Positions 33,078-43,745 of a stretch of 64,000 nt of DNA are shown here, piece after piece (the stretch's first letter is position 1; each line of letters begins with the position of its first letter). The notes under the pieces are model-generated. The model saw nothing but the letters and a program-made list of their open reading frames with translations, did no database searches and was not told the origin of the DNA. Origin of the DNA: an uncultured Chloroflexia bacterium (GTDB lineage Bacteria; Chloroflexota; Limnocylindria; Limnocylindrales; CSP1-4); assembly GCA_963813335.1 (NCBI GenBank), contig CAWEYL010000001.1, positions 160,001 to 224,000 of the forward strand, read 5' to 3'. Both the position numbers and the translations under genes were made by a program.

Positions 33078-33476
33078 TCAGCGCGGGCGGAGCGCGACCG
33101 GGATCACCAGGCGGGCCGCGGTGTGCGTCGCCGAGAACGACGCGACCTTGTTGTCGACCAGGCCGGAGCCCGTCGCCGCCGCGATGACCTCGACGTCGCG
33201 GAGGGTGGCGGCCTTGCCCTTGCGCGAGATGACCCAGATCGCGCCATTCGGGCGGATGCGGCTGGCGAGGTCGCGGAGGGGCGCGAGCTGCGCCATCGAG
33301 TCGGCGCCGAGCAGGACGATGTCGGTGTCGGGCTCGGGCCAGCCCTCGGTGATGTCGGACGTGCGGTCGGCGAGCAGCGGGCGGATCGCCTCGTCGTCGA
33401 TGTCGATCAGCGCGACCCGCATGCCGGGCCGGACGCCGAGCTTGTCGAGGAGCGGGGTCGTGTAGACGCGTTCCAT
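33078..33476 (-). CDS. DUF3052-like protein
   Basis: YTTPLLDKLGV, PNGAIWV.SRKG, GLVDNKVASFS.THTA.RLV. Confidence 0.7.
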   Translation of the reverse strand: MERVYTTPLLDKLGVRPGMRVALIDIDDEAIRPLLADRTSDITEGWPEPDTDIVLLGADSMAQLAPLRDLASRIRPNGAIWVISRKGKAATLRDVEVIAAATGSGLVDNKVASFSATHTAARLVIPVALRPR

Positions 33477-33495
33477 CGCCGGTATGGTGGCACGC

Positions 33496-35169
33496 ATGCT
33501 GCTCGTGTACGGCCCGCGCTCGACCACGTACGACTTCGGGCCGGGCCACCCGCTGACGCCGCGGCGCTTCGGACCGGGCATGGACCTGCTCCGCGCGGTC
33601 GGCGGACTCCCCGGGCTGGAGCCGGAGCCGGCGTCGGACGACGAGCTCGCGTGGTGCCACGACGAGGCCTACATCGAGACCGTGAAACGGTTCTCAGCGG
33701 CGCCGTACGGCCCACCACAGGCGGGGATCGGGATCGGCGGCGACGACCCGCCGTTCGCCGGGATGCACGACGCCGCCTCGATGGTCGCCGGCGGGTCGCT
33801 GCGGGCGGTCGAGGCGGTCCTGCGCGGCGAGGTGGCGCATGCCTTCCACCCGGGCGGCGGGCTCCACCATGCGATGCCGGACCGGGCCTCCGGGTTCTGC
33901 ATCTACGACGACCCGGCGCTCGCGATCGCGCGGGCGCGGCGGGACGGCCTGCGCGTGCTCTACCTCGACGTCGACGTCCACCACGGCGACGGCGTCCAGG
34001 CGATCCACTGGGACGACCCGGGCGTGCTGACGATCTCGATCCACGAGTCCGGGCTCACGCTCTTCCCGGGCAGCGGGTTCCCCGACGAGATCGGGGAGGG
34101 GACGGCGGCCGGCACCTCGGTCAACGTGCCATTGACGGCGGGGACGGGCGAGCGGGTCTGGCTCGAGACGCTCCGGACGCTGCTCCCCGAGCTGGCCGCC
34201 GCGTTCGGGCCGGACCTCATCGTCAGCCAGCACGGCGCGGACTCCCATGCGTGGGACCCGCTCGCGCACCTGCGCATGACGACCACCGCGATGGGCGAGG
34301 CGGCGCGGCTCGTCGACGAGGTGGCGCATCGCTACGCCGGCGGCCGCTGGCTGGCGACGGGCGGGGGCGGCTACGACGCGTACCGGGTCGTGCCGCGGAT
34401 GTGGTCCCTGGTCTGGCTCGCCGGCGCGCACCAGGCCGTCCCGTCCGAGACGCCGGCCGAGTGGCGCGAGCGATGGGCGACCGATGGCGCCCGGTACGGC
34501 CAGGCGCCGCTGCCGCTGGCCTTCGACGACCCGCCGAACGCCGGGCTCGAGATCGACTCGGCGCAGCGGACCGCCGAGATCGCGTCGTCCGAGGCGGCGA
34601 GCGCGGTCCGTGCCGCGCTCGTGCCGCGGCTCCTGCGCGTGGCGCGCGACCGAGGGTGGTGGGACCCACTGGCACCGGCGACCGGGCGCGGCGGGCCGGG
34701 CGACAACGGCGGGGCGCCGGAGCTCGTCGAAACGGTCGGGGGGCGGCAGATGGACGACCTGGCGCTCGCGCCACGGGTCGTCGCGCCGGTCGACCCCGGC
34801 GCGGGCCATGCCATCGTCAGGGCGGCGATCGAGGACGGCGCGCACGTGTCCGCGGCGGTCGTCGGGTCCTCGATCGTCGGTGGCGCGGTCATCGTCGGGC
34901 TCGCCATCGCGTCGCCGGACCACGAGCTCCTGGCGCTCGGCGTCGCGCCGGAGTACCGCCGCCAGGGGATCGCCGGTCGACTGCTCGCCGCCAGCGGCGC
35001 GATCCGGGCCGAGGCGACTGTCGCGGAGCGCGACCCGTTCGACCCACTGGACCGGGTGACCCGAGCCGCGGTGGCCCGCAAGCTCCTCGAAGGGGCCGGC
35101 TTCTGGGTGGGGCCGGCCGACCGCGGCGTTCGCGCCATCGATCCGCTCGCGGTCCGGGCGACGCGCTGA
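33496..35169 (+). CDS. acuC: AcuC/HDAC-family deacetylase with C-terminal GNAT-like domain
   Basis: YDFGPGHP..P.R, GGGLHHA...ASGFC, YLDVDVHHGDG, SIHE, GADSH..DPL, GGGGY. C-terminal LLALGVAPEYRRQGIAGRLL is GNAT motif A. Alternative start at 33484. Confidence 0.85.
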   Translation: MLLVYGPRSTTYDFGPGHPLTPRRFGPGMDLLRAVGGLPGLEPEPASDDELAWCHDEAYIETVKRFSAAPYGPPQAGIGIGGDDPPFAGMHDAASMVAGGSLRAVEAVLRGEVAHAFHPGGGLHHAMPDRASGFCIYDDPALAIARARRDGLRVLYLDVDVHHGDGVQAIHWDDPGVLTISIHESGLTLFPGSGFPDEIGEGTAAGTSVNVPLTAGTGERVWLETLRTLLPELAAAFGPDLIVSQHGADSHAWDPLAHLRMTTTAMGEAARLVDEVAHRYAGGRWLATGGGGYDAYRVVPRMWSLVWLAGAHQAVPSETPAEWRERWATDGARYGQAPLPLAFDDPPNAGLEIDSAQRTAEIASSEAASAVRAALVPRLLRVARDRGWWDPLAPATGRGGPGDNGGAPELVETVGGRQMDDLALAPRVVAPVDPGAGHAIVRAAIEDGAHVSAAVVGSSIVGGAVIVGLAIASPDHELLALGVAPEYRRQGIAGRLLAASGAIRAEATVAERDPFDPLDRVTRAAVARKLLEGAGFWVGPADRGVRAIDPLAVRATR

Positions 35170-35906
35170 TGCCCGGTCACGGCGCGCGGTCCGGCGATCC
35201 GGCGGCGCCCGCCCTGCCCGCGACGGACCTCGTCGACGTGCGCCTCTCCGCCGCGTTCGCCGGCGGCGGCTGCCCGGTCTGCGCGGTCCGCGCCCGATCC
35301 GAGCGGGCGATGCTCGACACGATCGTCGCGGAACGCGTGCTGGACATCCCGTTCCGCGAATTGCTCGAGCGCACCCATGGCTTCTGCCGCCGGCACGTGG
35401 CGGAGCTGGTGCTGGCCGACCGGCGCGGGCCGGGCGGGATCCTCGGGTCCTCGATCCTCTACGGCGCGATGCTCGACCGACGGGTCGAGCCGCTGCGCGG
35501 GTCGCTCGGTCGGCGCGGGCGCTCGCTGCGGGCCCGGCTGGCGGGCGCGCGGAAGCGGCCGCCGTGCCTCGCCTGCGAGCAGGGGGCGAGTGCCGTCGAG
35601 ACCGCCCTGGGCCGGCTCGCGGCACGGACCGGCGATCCCGCCTGGGCCGAGGCGATGGCGACGGCCCCGTTCTGCCTCGACGACCTCGTGGCGCTGTGGA
35701 CGGTCGCGGACGGGGCGGAGGGATTCGACCCCATCGCGCGCCGCCAGGTCGAGCGGGTCGAGGCGCTTCGGTCGAGGCTGCAGGGCTTCGTCGATCACTC
35801 GGCGCACGACCGGCGGCACCTCATGCGCGACGACGAAGGGACGGCGGCCGGCGAGGCGGCCGAGCTGCTGGGCGGGACGCGACCCGACCCGGGAGCGCGG
35901 TCGTGA
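35169..35906 (+). CDS. DUF6062-like Cys/His-rich protein
   Basis: TGATG coupling to acuC. Two repeats: CPVC...GFCRRH and CLAC...PFCLDD. Confidence 0.7.
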   Translation: MPGHGARSGDPAAPALPATDLVDVRLSAAFAGGGCPVCAVRARSERAMLDTIVAERVLDIPFRELLERTHGFCRRHVAELVLADRRGPGGILGSSILYGAMLDRRVEPLRGSLGRRGRSLRARLAGARKRPPCLACEQGASAVETALGRLAARTGDPAWAEAMATAPFCLDDLVALWTVADGAEGFDPIARRQVERVEALRSRLQGFVDHSAHDRRHLMRDDEGTAAGEAAELLGGTRPDPGARS

Positions 35907-36439
35907 CCGGGACGGCCGGTCCGGGCGGTCTGACCCCGCTCGTCGACACCGGCGAGGCCGGACCGTGGGCGCGCGTCGAGGGCGGCGTCGAGTGGCGGCG
36001 CGATCCGTATCTGGTCTCGACGGACCCGGCGCGGCTCGACATCGCCGCGACCACCGCGTTCCTTGCCACGTCGGCTTGGGCCGACGGGATCGACGAACCC
36101 CTGGTCCGCCGCTCGATCGACGGGTCGATCGCTTTCGGCGTCTACGACGGCGACGAGCAAGTTGGCTTCGCGCGCGTGGTCACCGATCGTGCGACCTTCG
36201 CGTGGATCGGCGACGTGTTCATCCTCGAGAGCCACCGTGGCCTCGGCCTCGCGCTGTGGCTGTCGCGCTGCATGGTCGCGCACCCCGATCTGCAAGGGCT
36301 GCGCCGTTGGGCCCTCACCTCGTCGGGCGCCCGCGGGCTCTACGCGAGGCTCGGGTTCACGCCGCTCGGCGCCCCGGAAAAGTTCATGGAGATCCACGAC
36401 CCGGGCGTCCATCGGCGCCAGCGGGCCCGCGAGGGTTAG
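35903..36439 (+). CDS. GNAT N-acetyltransferase
   Basis: VSTDPARLD, FGVY, QVGFARVVTD.ATFAWIGDVFI..HRGLG, GLYARLGF. GTGA overlap with the upstream gene. Confidence 0.88.
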   Translation: MTGTAGPGGLTPLVDTGEAGPWARVEGGVEWRRDPYLVSTDPARLDIAATTAFLATSAWADGIDEPLVRRSIDGSIAFGVYDGDEQVGFARVVTDRATFAWIGDVFILESHRGLGLALWLSRCMVAHPDLQGLRRWALTSSGARGLYARLGFTPLGAPEKFMEIHDPGVHRRQRAREG

Positions 36440-36454
36440 GCAGGACGGGGTCGC

Positions 36455-37219
36455 TCACGGCCGCCCCACGGAGACGGTTCGAGGCGGATGGTCGAGGATC
36501 GTGGCCGCGTCACCCGACACATCGGCCCAGAGCAGCGCGGATCCCGGCCAACTGGCGTCAGCGGTCGTCAAGGCAGCGAACGCCGCCGACGTCTCGGCTG
36601 GGTAGGCCTCGCGAACGACCTCCCCGAACCGCTCGACGATGTCGCGATTTGCGCGGGTGTTCCGGAGGATCAAGAGCTGGTCGATCCGATCCGGTGGCTC
36701 AGCGAGTCGCCAGATCGTCGCCGATGCGAGCGAGTCGGCCTTCTCGTGCGACCAGCGGACCTGCTGTTCGAGCCTCCGCAGCTCGGATTGGACCTCGACG
36801 ACGCCGGCGACCCGGGCCGCTCGGTCGTGCACGACGAGGTCGATGACGCCGCGGGCGGGACGGTAGACCGGAACCTCCAGATGCCGAGTCCAGCGCTGAT
36901 CGACGATCGGCAGGAGCGCCTCGAGGATCCGCGCCTGGATCGGGTCCCGGATCCGCGGGCCCGTGCCCGGATAGACGCGCACTCGGAGCGAGCCGCCGAG
37001 TGCCTGCGAGATTGCGACGAGGACGGCGAGACTCGGCTCGCGGAGCCCACGCTCGATCTGCGACAGGAATCCCGGGTCGATCTCGGCGGCCTTCGCGAGG
37101 CGCCGCTGGCCGAGCCCGGCGTCGAGTCGAAGGCGTCGGATTTCCGCGCCGGTGGCGGCCACGAGATCGTGTGTTTGGCGTCCGACGAGGGTCCGCTGGC
37201 TATGGCGCGACGTGGTCAC
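36455..37219 (-). CDS. XRE helix-turn-helix fused to a PD-(D/E)XK-like domain
   Basis: IRRLRLDAGLGQRRLAKAAEIDPGFLSQIERG.REPSL, then HLEV...GVIDLV...VVEVQSEL. Start uncertain. Confidence 0.7.
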   Translation of the reverse strand: MTTSRHSQRTLVGRQTHDLVAATGAEIRRLRLDAGLGQRRLAKAAEIDPGFLSQIERGLREPSLAVLVAISQALGGSLRVRVYPGTGPRIRDPIQARILEALLPIVDQRWTRHLEVPVYRPARGVIDLVVHDRAARVAGVVEVQSELRRLEQQVRWSHEKADSLASATIWRLAEPPDRIDQLLILRNTRANRDIVERFGEVVREAYPAETSAAFAALTTADASWPGSALLWADVSGDAATILDHPPRTVSVGRP

Positions 37220-37554
37220 GCTCGATACGGAAGCACGTGGCACGTAGCTGGCGATCAACGGGACGCCCGGGGGGTGTCGGTCGAGGCCCCAGGCCGGGTC
37301 GTGCGCTGGCTCAGCGCCAATGGATTCGATAGCAGGCCGGACTGGATCTGCGACTTGCTGACGCAGCGCCAACGTTCGCGCGGCGGACTGAGCCCTTCGT
37401 GGATGTCTGCTGGCGGCCCGCCAGCGAATGGCAGGGATACGGGCGGCATCCTCCCGATTCACTGGCTCACGGCCAGCAGCGGAGATCAGGGATCGGGGAA
37501 ACCGATTTCGACCATCTGTTCTAGAACGCGCCGGCGTCCTATACTCGGGGTCCC

Positions 37555-40500
37555 GTGACCGCGACCAAGCCGAGGCCCGAGACGGACCCCGGTCCCGCCG
37601 ACGCCCTCGCCCCGTTCTCGCGCCCCGTCCGCGAGTGGTTCGAGGCGAGCTTCGAGGCGCCCACCGACGCGCAGGCCCGCGGCTGGGCGGCGATCTCCGC
37701 CGGCCGGCACACGCTGATCCATGCCCCGACGGGGAGCGGCAAGACGCTCGCCGCGTTCCTCTGGACGCTGGACCGCCTCGCGACCCATCCGACGCCGCCG
37801 CGGAACAAAGGCGGCCCGCCCGGAACCGTCCGCGTGCTCTATATCTCGCCGCTCAAGGCCCTGACCTACGACGTCGAGCGGAACCTGCGCGCCCCGCTCA
37901 CCGGCATCGGCCATGCGGCCCAGCGCCTCGGCGAGCCAGCCGCCCACCATCACCGTCGCCAGCCGCACCGGCGACACCCCGTCGGAGGACCGGCGCGAGA
38001 TCGCCCGCCACCCGCCGGACATCCTCATCACGACCCCCGAATCCCTGTACCTCATGCTCACCAGCCAGGTCCGCGAGGTCCTCCGCGGCGTCGAGCACGT
38101 CATCGTCGACGAGGTCCACGCGATCGCGGGCACCAAGCGCGGCGCCCACCTCGCGCTCAGCCTGGAACGGCTCGAACGACTCCGCGCCCCGGACGCGCCA
38201 CCCCTCCAGCGCATCGGCCTGTCCGCCACCCAGCGCCCGCTCGAGGCGATCGGCCGCTTCCTCGCCGGCACCGGCCCGGGGCGGGAGGTGACGATCGTCG
38301 ATGCCGGCGCGCGCAAGCCGCTGGACCTCCAGGTGGTCGTCCCGGTCGACGACATGTCGGCCATCGGCGAGGTGCTGCCGCTCGACCAGCAGCCGGGCGG
38401 GCCGGCCACGAGCGGCGAGGCGCGCAACAGCATCTGGCCGGCCATCCACCCGCGGATCCTCGAGCTGATCCGGAGCCACCACAGCACGATCGTCTTCACC
38501 AACAGCCGGCGGCTGAGCGAGCGGCTGGCGCAGCGGCTGAACGAGCTGGCCGGCGAGGACCTGGTCAAGGCCCATCACGGCAGCATCGCCCGCGAGCAGC
38601 GGCTGGCCATCGAGGAGGACCTCAAGGCGGGGCGGCTCCCCGCGCTGGTCGCCACGTCCAGCCTCGAGCTCGGCATCGACATGGGCGCCGTGGACCTCGT
38701 GATCCAGGTCGAATCGCCGACGAGCGTCGCGCGGGGGCTCCAGCGGGTCGGCCGGGCCGGGCACCAGGTCGGTGCCCCGAGCAAGGGCGTGATCTTCCCG
38801 AAGTACCGCGGCGACCTGCTCGAGGTGGCGGTCGTGACCCGGCGGATGCACGAGGGCGCCATCGAGGCGACCGCCATCCCGCGCAACCCGCTCGACGTGC
38901 TCGCGCAGCAGCTCGTCGCGATGACCGTCATGGACCCCTGGACCGTCGCGGACCTGCTCGAGACGGTGACCCGCGCCACGCCGTACGAGACGCTCACCCG
39001 CGAGCTGCTCGAGGGCGTGCTGGGGATGCTCGCCGGCGCGTACCCCTCGGACGAGTTCGCCGAGCTCAAGCCGCGGGTCACCTGGGACCGCGTGACCGAC
39101 GTCGTCGAGGGGCGCCGCGACGCCCGGGTGGTCGCCATCACCAGCGGCGGCACGATCCCGGACCGCGGTCTCTACGGCGTGTTCATGGCCGGCGAGGCCG
39201 GCACGCCCGGCCGGCGCGTCGGCGAGCTCGACGAGGAGATGGTCTACGAGCTCCGGGCGGGGATGCACGGCGATGTCGTCGTCCTCGGCGCCAGCAGCTG
39301 GCGGGTCGACGAGATCGGCCACGACCGGGTCACGGTCTCGCCGGCGCCCGGCGTCCCCGGCAAGCTGCCGTTCTGGAAGGGCGACGCGGTCGGGCGCCCG
39401 ATCGAGCTCGGCCGCGCCATGGGCGCCTTCGTCGGCGAGCTCGAGGCGGACCTGGCGAAGGGCGACAAGGGCCGCCGTGCCGCCACCGCCCGACTCCGCG
39501 AGCTCCACGACCTCGACGAGCGCGCCGCCGACAACCTGCTCGCCTATCTCGACGACGAGCGCGAGGCGACCGGCTCGCTGCCGACCGACAAGCGGATCGT
39601 CGTCGAGCGCTTCCGCGACGAGCTCGGCGACTGGCGGCTGTGTCTGCTGACCCCGTTCGGCGGGCGGGTGCACGCCCCGTGGTCGATGGCGATCGAGTCC
39701 CGGCTGCTGGAGCGGCGCGGCCTCGAGGTCCAGACCATCTGGTCGGACGACGGCATCGCCATCCGGCTGCCCGAGGGCGACGCCTCGCTCGACGGCATCG
39801 AGGACCTCCTGTTCCCGGACGCGGACGAGGTCGAGGACCTGGTCGTCGGGCAGGTGGCGACGCTCGTCGCTGTTCGCCAGCCGGTTCCGCGAGAACGCGG
39901 CGCGGGCCCTGCTCCTGCCGCGACGCCGGCCCGGCACGCGGACGCCGCTCTGGCAGCAGCGCCAGCGGGCGGCGGACCTGCTCGCCGTGGCGTCGCGCTA
40001 CGGCAGCTTCCCGATCCTCGTCGAGACCTATCGCGAGTGCCTGAGCGACGTCTTCGACCTGCCGGCCCTGCGCGAGGTCCTCGCCGGCGTCGCGCGGCGC
40101 GAGATCGCGGTCCACGGCGTCGAGACCCAGCGGGCCAGCCCGTTCGCCAGCAGCCTGCTGTTCGACTACGTCGCGGCGTACATGTACGACGGCGACGCGC
40201 CGCTGGCGGAACGCCGCGCCGGCGCGTTGACGCTCGACCGCGACCTGCTCCGCGAGCTGCTCGGCCAGGAGGAGCTGCGCGAGCTGCTCGACCCCGACGC
40301 GCTCGCCGACCTCGAGCTCTCCCTCCAGGCGCTGACCGAGGACCGCCAGGCGACGACCGTCGACGGCGTCCATGACCTCCTGCGCCGACTGGGCGACCTG
40401 TCGACCGGGGAGGTGGCCGCGCGGGTCGTGGACGGCGGTTCGGTCGCCGAGAGCTGGCTGGCCGAGCTGGCGGCCGGGCGCCGCGCCGTCCGGACCCGGA

Positions 40501-42134
40501 TCGCCGGCGAGGACCGCTGGATCGCCATCGAGGACGTCGCGCGCTACCGCGACGGCGTGGGCGTCTCGGCGCCCGTCGGCATCCCCGAGGCCTTCCTCGC
40601 GCCGGTCAGCGGCGCGCTCGACGGGCTGCTGGCCCGCTGGGCCCGCACGCACGGGCCGTTCCTGACGCCGGAGCCCACCCGCCGCTGGGGGCTCCCGGCC
40701 GGGATCGTCGAGGACGCGCTGGAGCGGCTGCTCGCGGCCGGGACGCTGGTCCGCGGCGAGTTCCGCCCGGGCGGTGCGGAACGCGAATGGTGCGACCCGG
40801 ATGTCCTCCGCCAGCTCCGGCGGCGGTCCCTCGCCCGGCTGCGCCGCGAGGTCGAGCCGGTCGACCCGGCCGCGCTCGGTCGGTTCCTGCCGGGCTGGCA
40901 CGGGATCGCGCCGGCCGGCCGTGCCGGCTCCCCGTTCCGTGGCTCGGCGGCCCTCGAGCGGCTCGCGGAGGTCGTCGACCAGCTGGCCGGCCTCCCGATC
41001 CCGGCTTCGGTGCTGGAGCGGGACGTGCTGCCGGCCCGCATCCCCGGCTACCAGCCGCGGCTGCTCGACGAGCTGGGCTCGCTCGGCGAGGTCGCCTGGG
41101 TGGGGCGGGGGAGCCTCGGTCGCGACGACGGGCGGATCGCCCTGGTCCGCCCCGGCCGCGATGCGCTGCGGCCCGTGGGCTTGCCCGACGGCACGGAACG
41201 GCCGACCGGCACGCGCCACGACGGCATCCGCGACCATCTCGCGAGCCGCGGGAGCATCCTTCTACCGCGACCTCCATCGCGCCGCGGGCGGCGGCCCGGA
41301 CCGCGAGGTCCTCGACGCGCTGTGGGACCTCGTCTGGGCCGGCGAGGTCACCAACGACACGTTCGCGCCGCTCCGCGCCCTGCGCTGGAAGCGGACCGGC
41401 GGTGGCGGCACGCGGCGCGCCCGGCCCGGCCGGTTGACGGCCCTTGGCCCGCCCGAGGCCGCGGGCCGCTGGTCCCTCGTCGAGCCGCCGACCGGGACCC
41501 CGACCGAGCGGCTCCACGCCCAGTCGCTCGCGCTCCTCGAGCGCTATGGGGTCCTGACTCGCGAGGCGGTCGCCGCGGAAGGGCTCGATGGCGGGTTCAG
41601 CGCGGTCTACCCGGTCCTGCGCGCGCTCGAGGACGCCGGTCGGATCCGCCGCGGCTACTTCGTCGACGGGCTCGGGGCGGCCCAGTTCGCGCTCCCGGGC
41701 GCGCTCGACCGGCTGCGTTCCGCGCGCGATGCCGCCGAGCGTGCCGATGCTGCCGAAGTGCTGGTCCTCGCCGCGGCCGATCCCGCCAATCCGTACGGGG
41801 CGGCCTTGTCGTGGCCGCGCCGCGACGACGCGCGACCGCCGGCCGCTGCAGCGCGCCGCCGGCGCGTACGTCGTCCTGGTCGACGGCGTCGCCGCCCTCT
41901 ACCTCGAGCGGGGTGGCTCGACGCTCCAGACGCTGGCGCCAGCCGACGATCCGGACGTGGCGCTGGTCGCCGCCGCGGCGCTCCGCGAGCTGGTTCTCGA
42001 CGGCCGGCTGAAGGAGCTCGTGGTCAAGCGGGTCGACGGCGAGGACGTGGGCGGGTCGCCGTTCCGCGAGCGGCTCCTGGCCGCAGGCTTCGCGCCCGGG
42101 CTACCGCGGACTGGTCCTGCGCTCCACCCGTTGA
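37555..42134 (+). CDS. lhr: Long-form Lhr DEAD/DEAH helicase (frameshifts ~37942, 39865, 41255, 41833, 42100)
   Basis: APTGSGKT, YISPLKAL, TTPESL, DEVH, SAT, HHGS, ATSSLELGID, QRVGRAGH, GGTIPDRG, VERFRDELGDWR, RRGYFVDGLGAAQFA, DPANPYG. Confidence 0.93.
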
Positions 42135-42168
42135 CCGAGCGGTGAGTGCGGCGTGCTAGGATGGCGCC

Positions 42169-42480
42169 ATGGCGAAGCCAAGCCGCGCCAAAAGCGCCAC
42201 ATTGCCGGTCGATGCGGCCACGTCCGTCGGCGTGCGAGAACTGCGCGACCATCTCTCCGTCTACCTTGGCCGCGTCAAGGCCGGCGAAACCCTGACCATC
42301 ACCGAGCACGGACGCCCCATCGCGACCCTGATCGGTCGGGGTCTGCCACCATCGCTCCTCGCGCTGGTCGCGCGCGGGGAGGCCACGCTGCCGACGCGGC
42401 CGCTCTCGGACCTGCTCGCCGTCCGAGGAGTGCCATACGACGGCGACGTCCAGGCACTGATCGACGAGATCCGCGGGTGA
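42169..42480 (+). CDS. Phd/YefM-family antitoxin
   Basis: SVGVRELRDHLSVYLGRVKAGETLTITEHGRPIATL. Confidence 0.88.
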   Translation: MAKPSRAKSATLPVDAATSVGVRELRDHLSVYLGRVKAGETLTITEHGRPIATLIGRGLPPSLLALVARGEATLPTRPLSDLLAVRGVPYDGDVQALIDEIRG

Positions 42481-42905
42481 CCGCCTACGTCGACAGTTCG
42501 GCCATCGCGAAGCTCGTCCTGCTTGACGAGTCGGCTCACGAGCAACTGGCCGCGCTCCTCGCGGCCGTGGGGAGCATCGCGTCGAGCCGCCTGACCTATG
42601 TCGAGACCCGGGCGGCGATCGCCAGCGCGCGACGAGCCGGTCGGCTGTCGTCACGCGACCACGATGGGGCGGTCGCGGCCATCGATGCCCTGTGGCCGAC
42701 GGTTGCCGTCATCGATCTGACGCAGGCGGTGGCGCGTGAGGCCGCCGACATCGCGGAGACGTTCGGCCTCAGGGCCGGCGATGCCGTCCAACTTGCGAGC
42801 CTTCGGCGACTCGGTCAGGACGTCCCGCTGTTGATCGCCTGGGACGTCCGCCTTCGCGCTGCGGCCGTCGCCAGTGGCTACGACGTCTACCCGCCCGAGG
42901 CATGA
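42477..42905 (+). CDS. vapC: VapC PIN-domain toxin
   Basis: YVDSSAIAKL, YVETRAA, LRAGDAVQLAS, WDVRLRAAA. GTGA overlap with the antitoxin. Confidence 0.88.
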   Translation: MTAYVDSSAIAKLVLLDESAHEQLAALLAAVGSIASSRLTYVETRAAIASARRAGRLSSRDHDGAVAAIDALWPTVAVIDLTQAVAREAADIAETFGLRAGDAVQLASLRRLGQDVPLLIAWDVRLRAAAVASGYDVYPPEA

Positions 42906-43745
42906 ATGCCTGAGGGCGACACCCTCTTCCGCACCGCAGCCGGGTTGCGGCCGTATCTCGTGGGGCGCCCCGTGACCGCGGCCAGGACGCAAGGCCCCGG
43001 ACCGGTCCCGCAGGTCCACCGGGTGATCGGCAGGACGATCGAGTCGGTCGACTCGATGGGCAAGAACCTCATCATCCGCTTCGACGGCGGGCTGGAGCTG
43101 CGGACGCATCTGCGCATGAACGGCTCGTGGCATCGCTATCGACCCGGCGAGCGCTGGCGCCGCCCGGCGTCGCGGGCGCGGCTCGTCCTCGAGGTCCCGG
43201 GCGCGGTGGCGGTCTGCTTCGATGCCCCGGTGGTCGAGCTCCTCGAGACCCGCGCCGAGACGCTCCACCCGTCGCTCGGCCGACTCGGGCCGGACCTGCT
43301 GGCGGACGACTTCGACGCGACCGAGGCGCACCGCCGGCTGCGCGATCCGTCGCGAGCCGACGTGGAGGTCGCCGTCGCGCTGCTCGACCAACGTGCGCTC
43401 GCCGGCATCGGCAACGTCTACAAGAACGAGGTCCTGTGGATCGAGCGGGTCTCGCCGTTCGCCCGGGTCGCCGACGTCGACGACGCGACCCTCGACCGCC
43501 TGATCGCGACCGCCCGGCGGCTGCTGCAGGCCAACGCCGCCACGGTGCGCGGCCCGGAACGGGTCACCACCGACGGCGACCGCGGTGCGCCCGGGCCGCT
43601 CTACGTCTACGGCCGGACCGGGCGTCCGTGCCGCCGCTGCCGGACAGCGATCCGCTCGACCCAGCAGGGCGCCGACCTGCCGCGGACGACGTACTGGTGC
43701 CCGGCCTGCCAGGGCGGTTCCGTATCATCGGCCGGTCATGTGTGA
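42906..43745 (+). CDS. nei: Fpg/Nei DNA glycosylase (endonuclease VIII-like)
   Basis: MPEGD start, GKNL, HLRMNGSW, LGPDLL, LLDQR..AGIGNVYKNE, zinc finger CRRC...CPACQ. Confidence 0.93.
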   Translation: MPEGDTLFRTAAGLRPYLVGRPVTAARTQGPGPVPQVHRVIGRTIESVDSMGKNLIIRFDGGLELRTHLRMNGSWHRYRPGERWRRPASRARLVLEVPGAVAVCFDAPVVELLETRAETLHPSLGRLGPDLLADDFDATEAHRRLRDPSRADVEVAVALLDQRALAGIGNVYKNEVLWIERVSPFARVADVDDATLDRLIATARRLLQANAATVRGPERVTTDGDRGAPGPLYVYGRTGRPCRRCRTAIRSTQQGADLPRTTYWCPACQGGSVSSAGHV

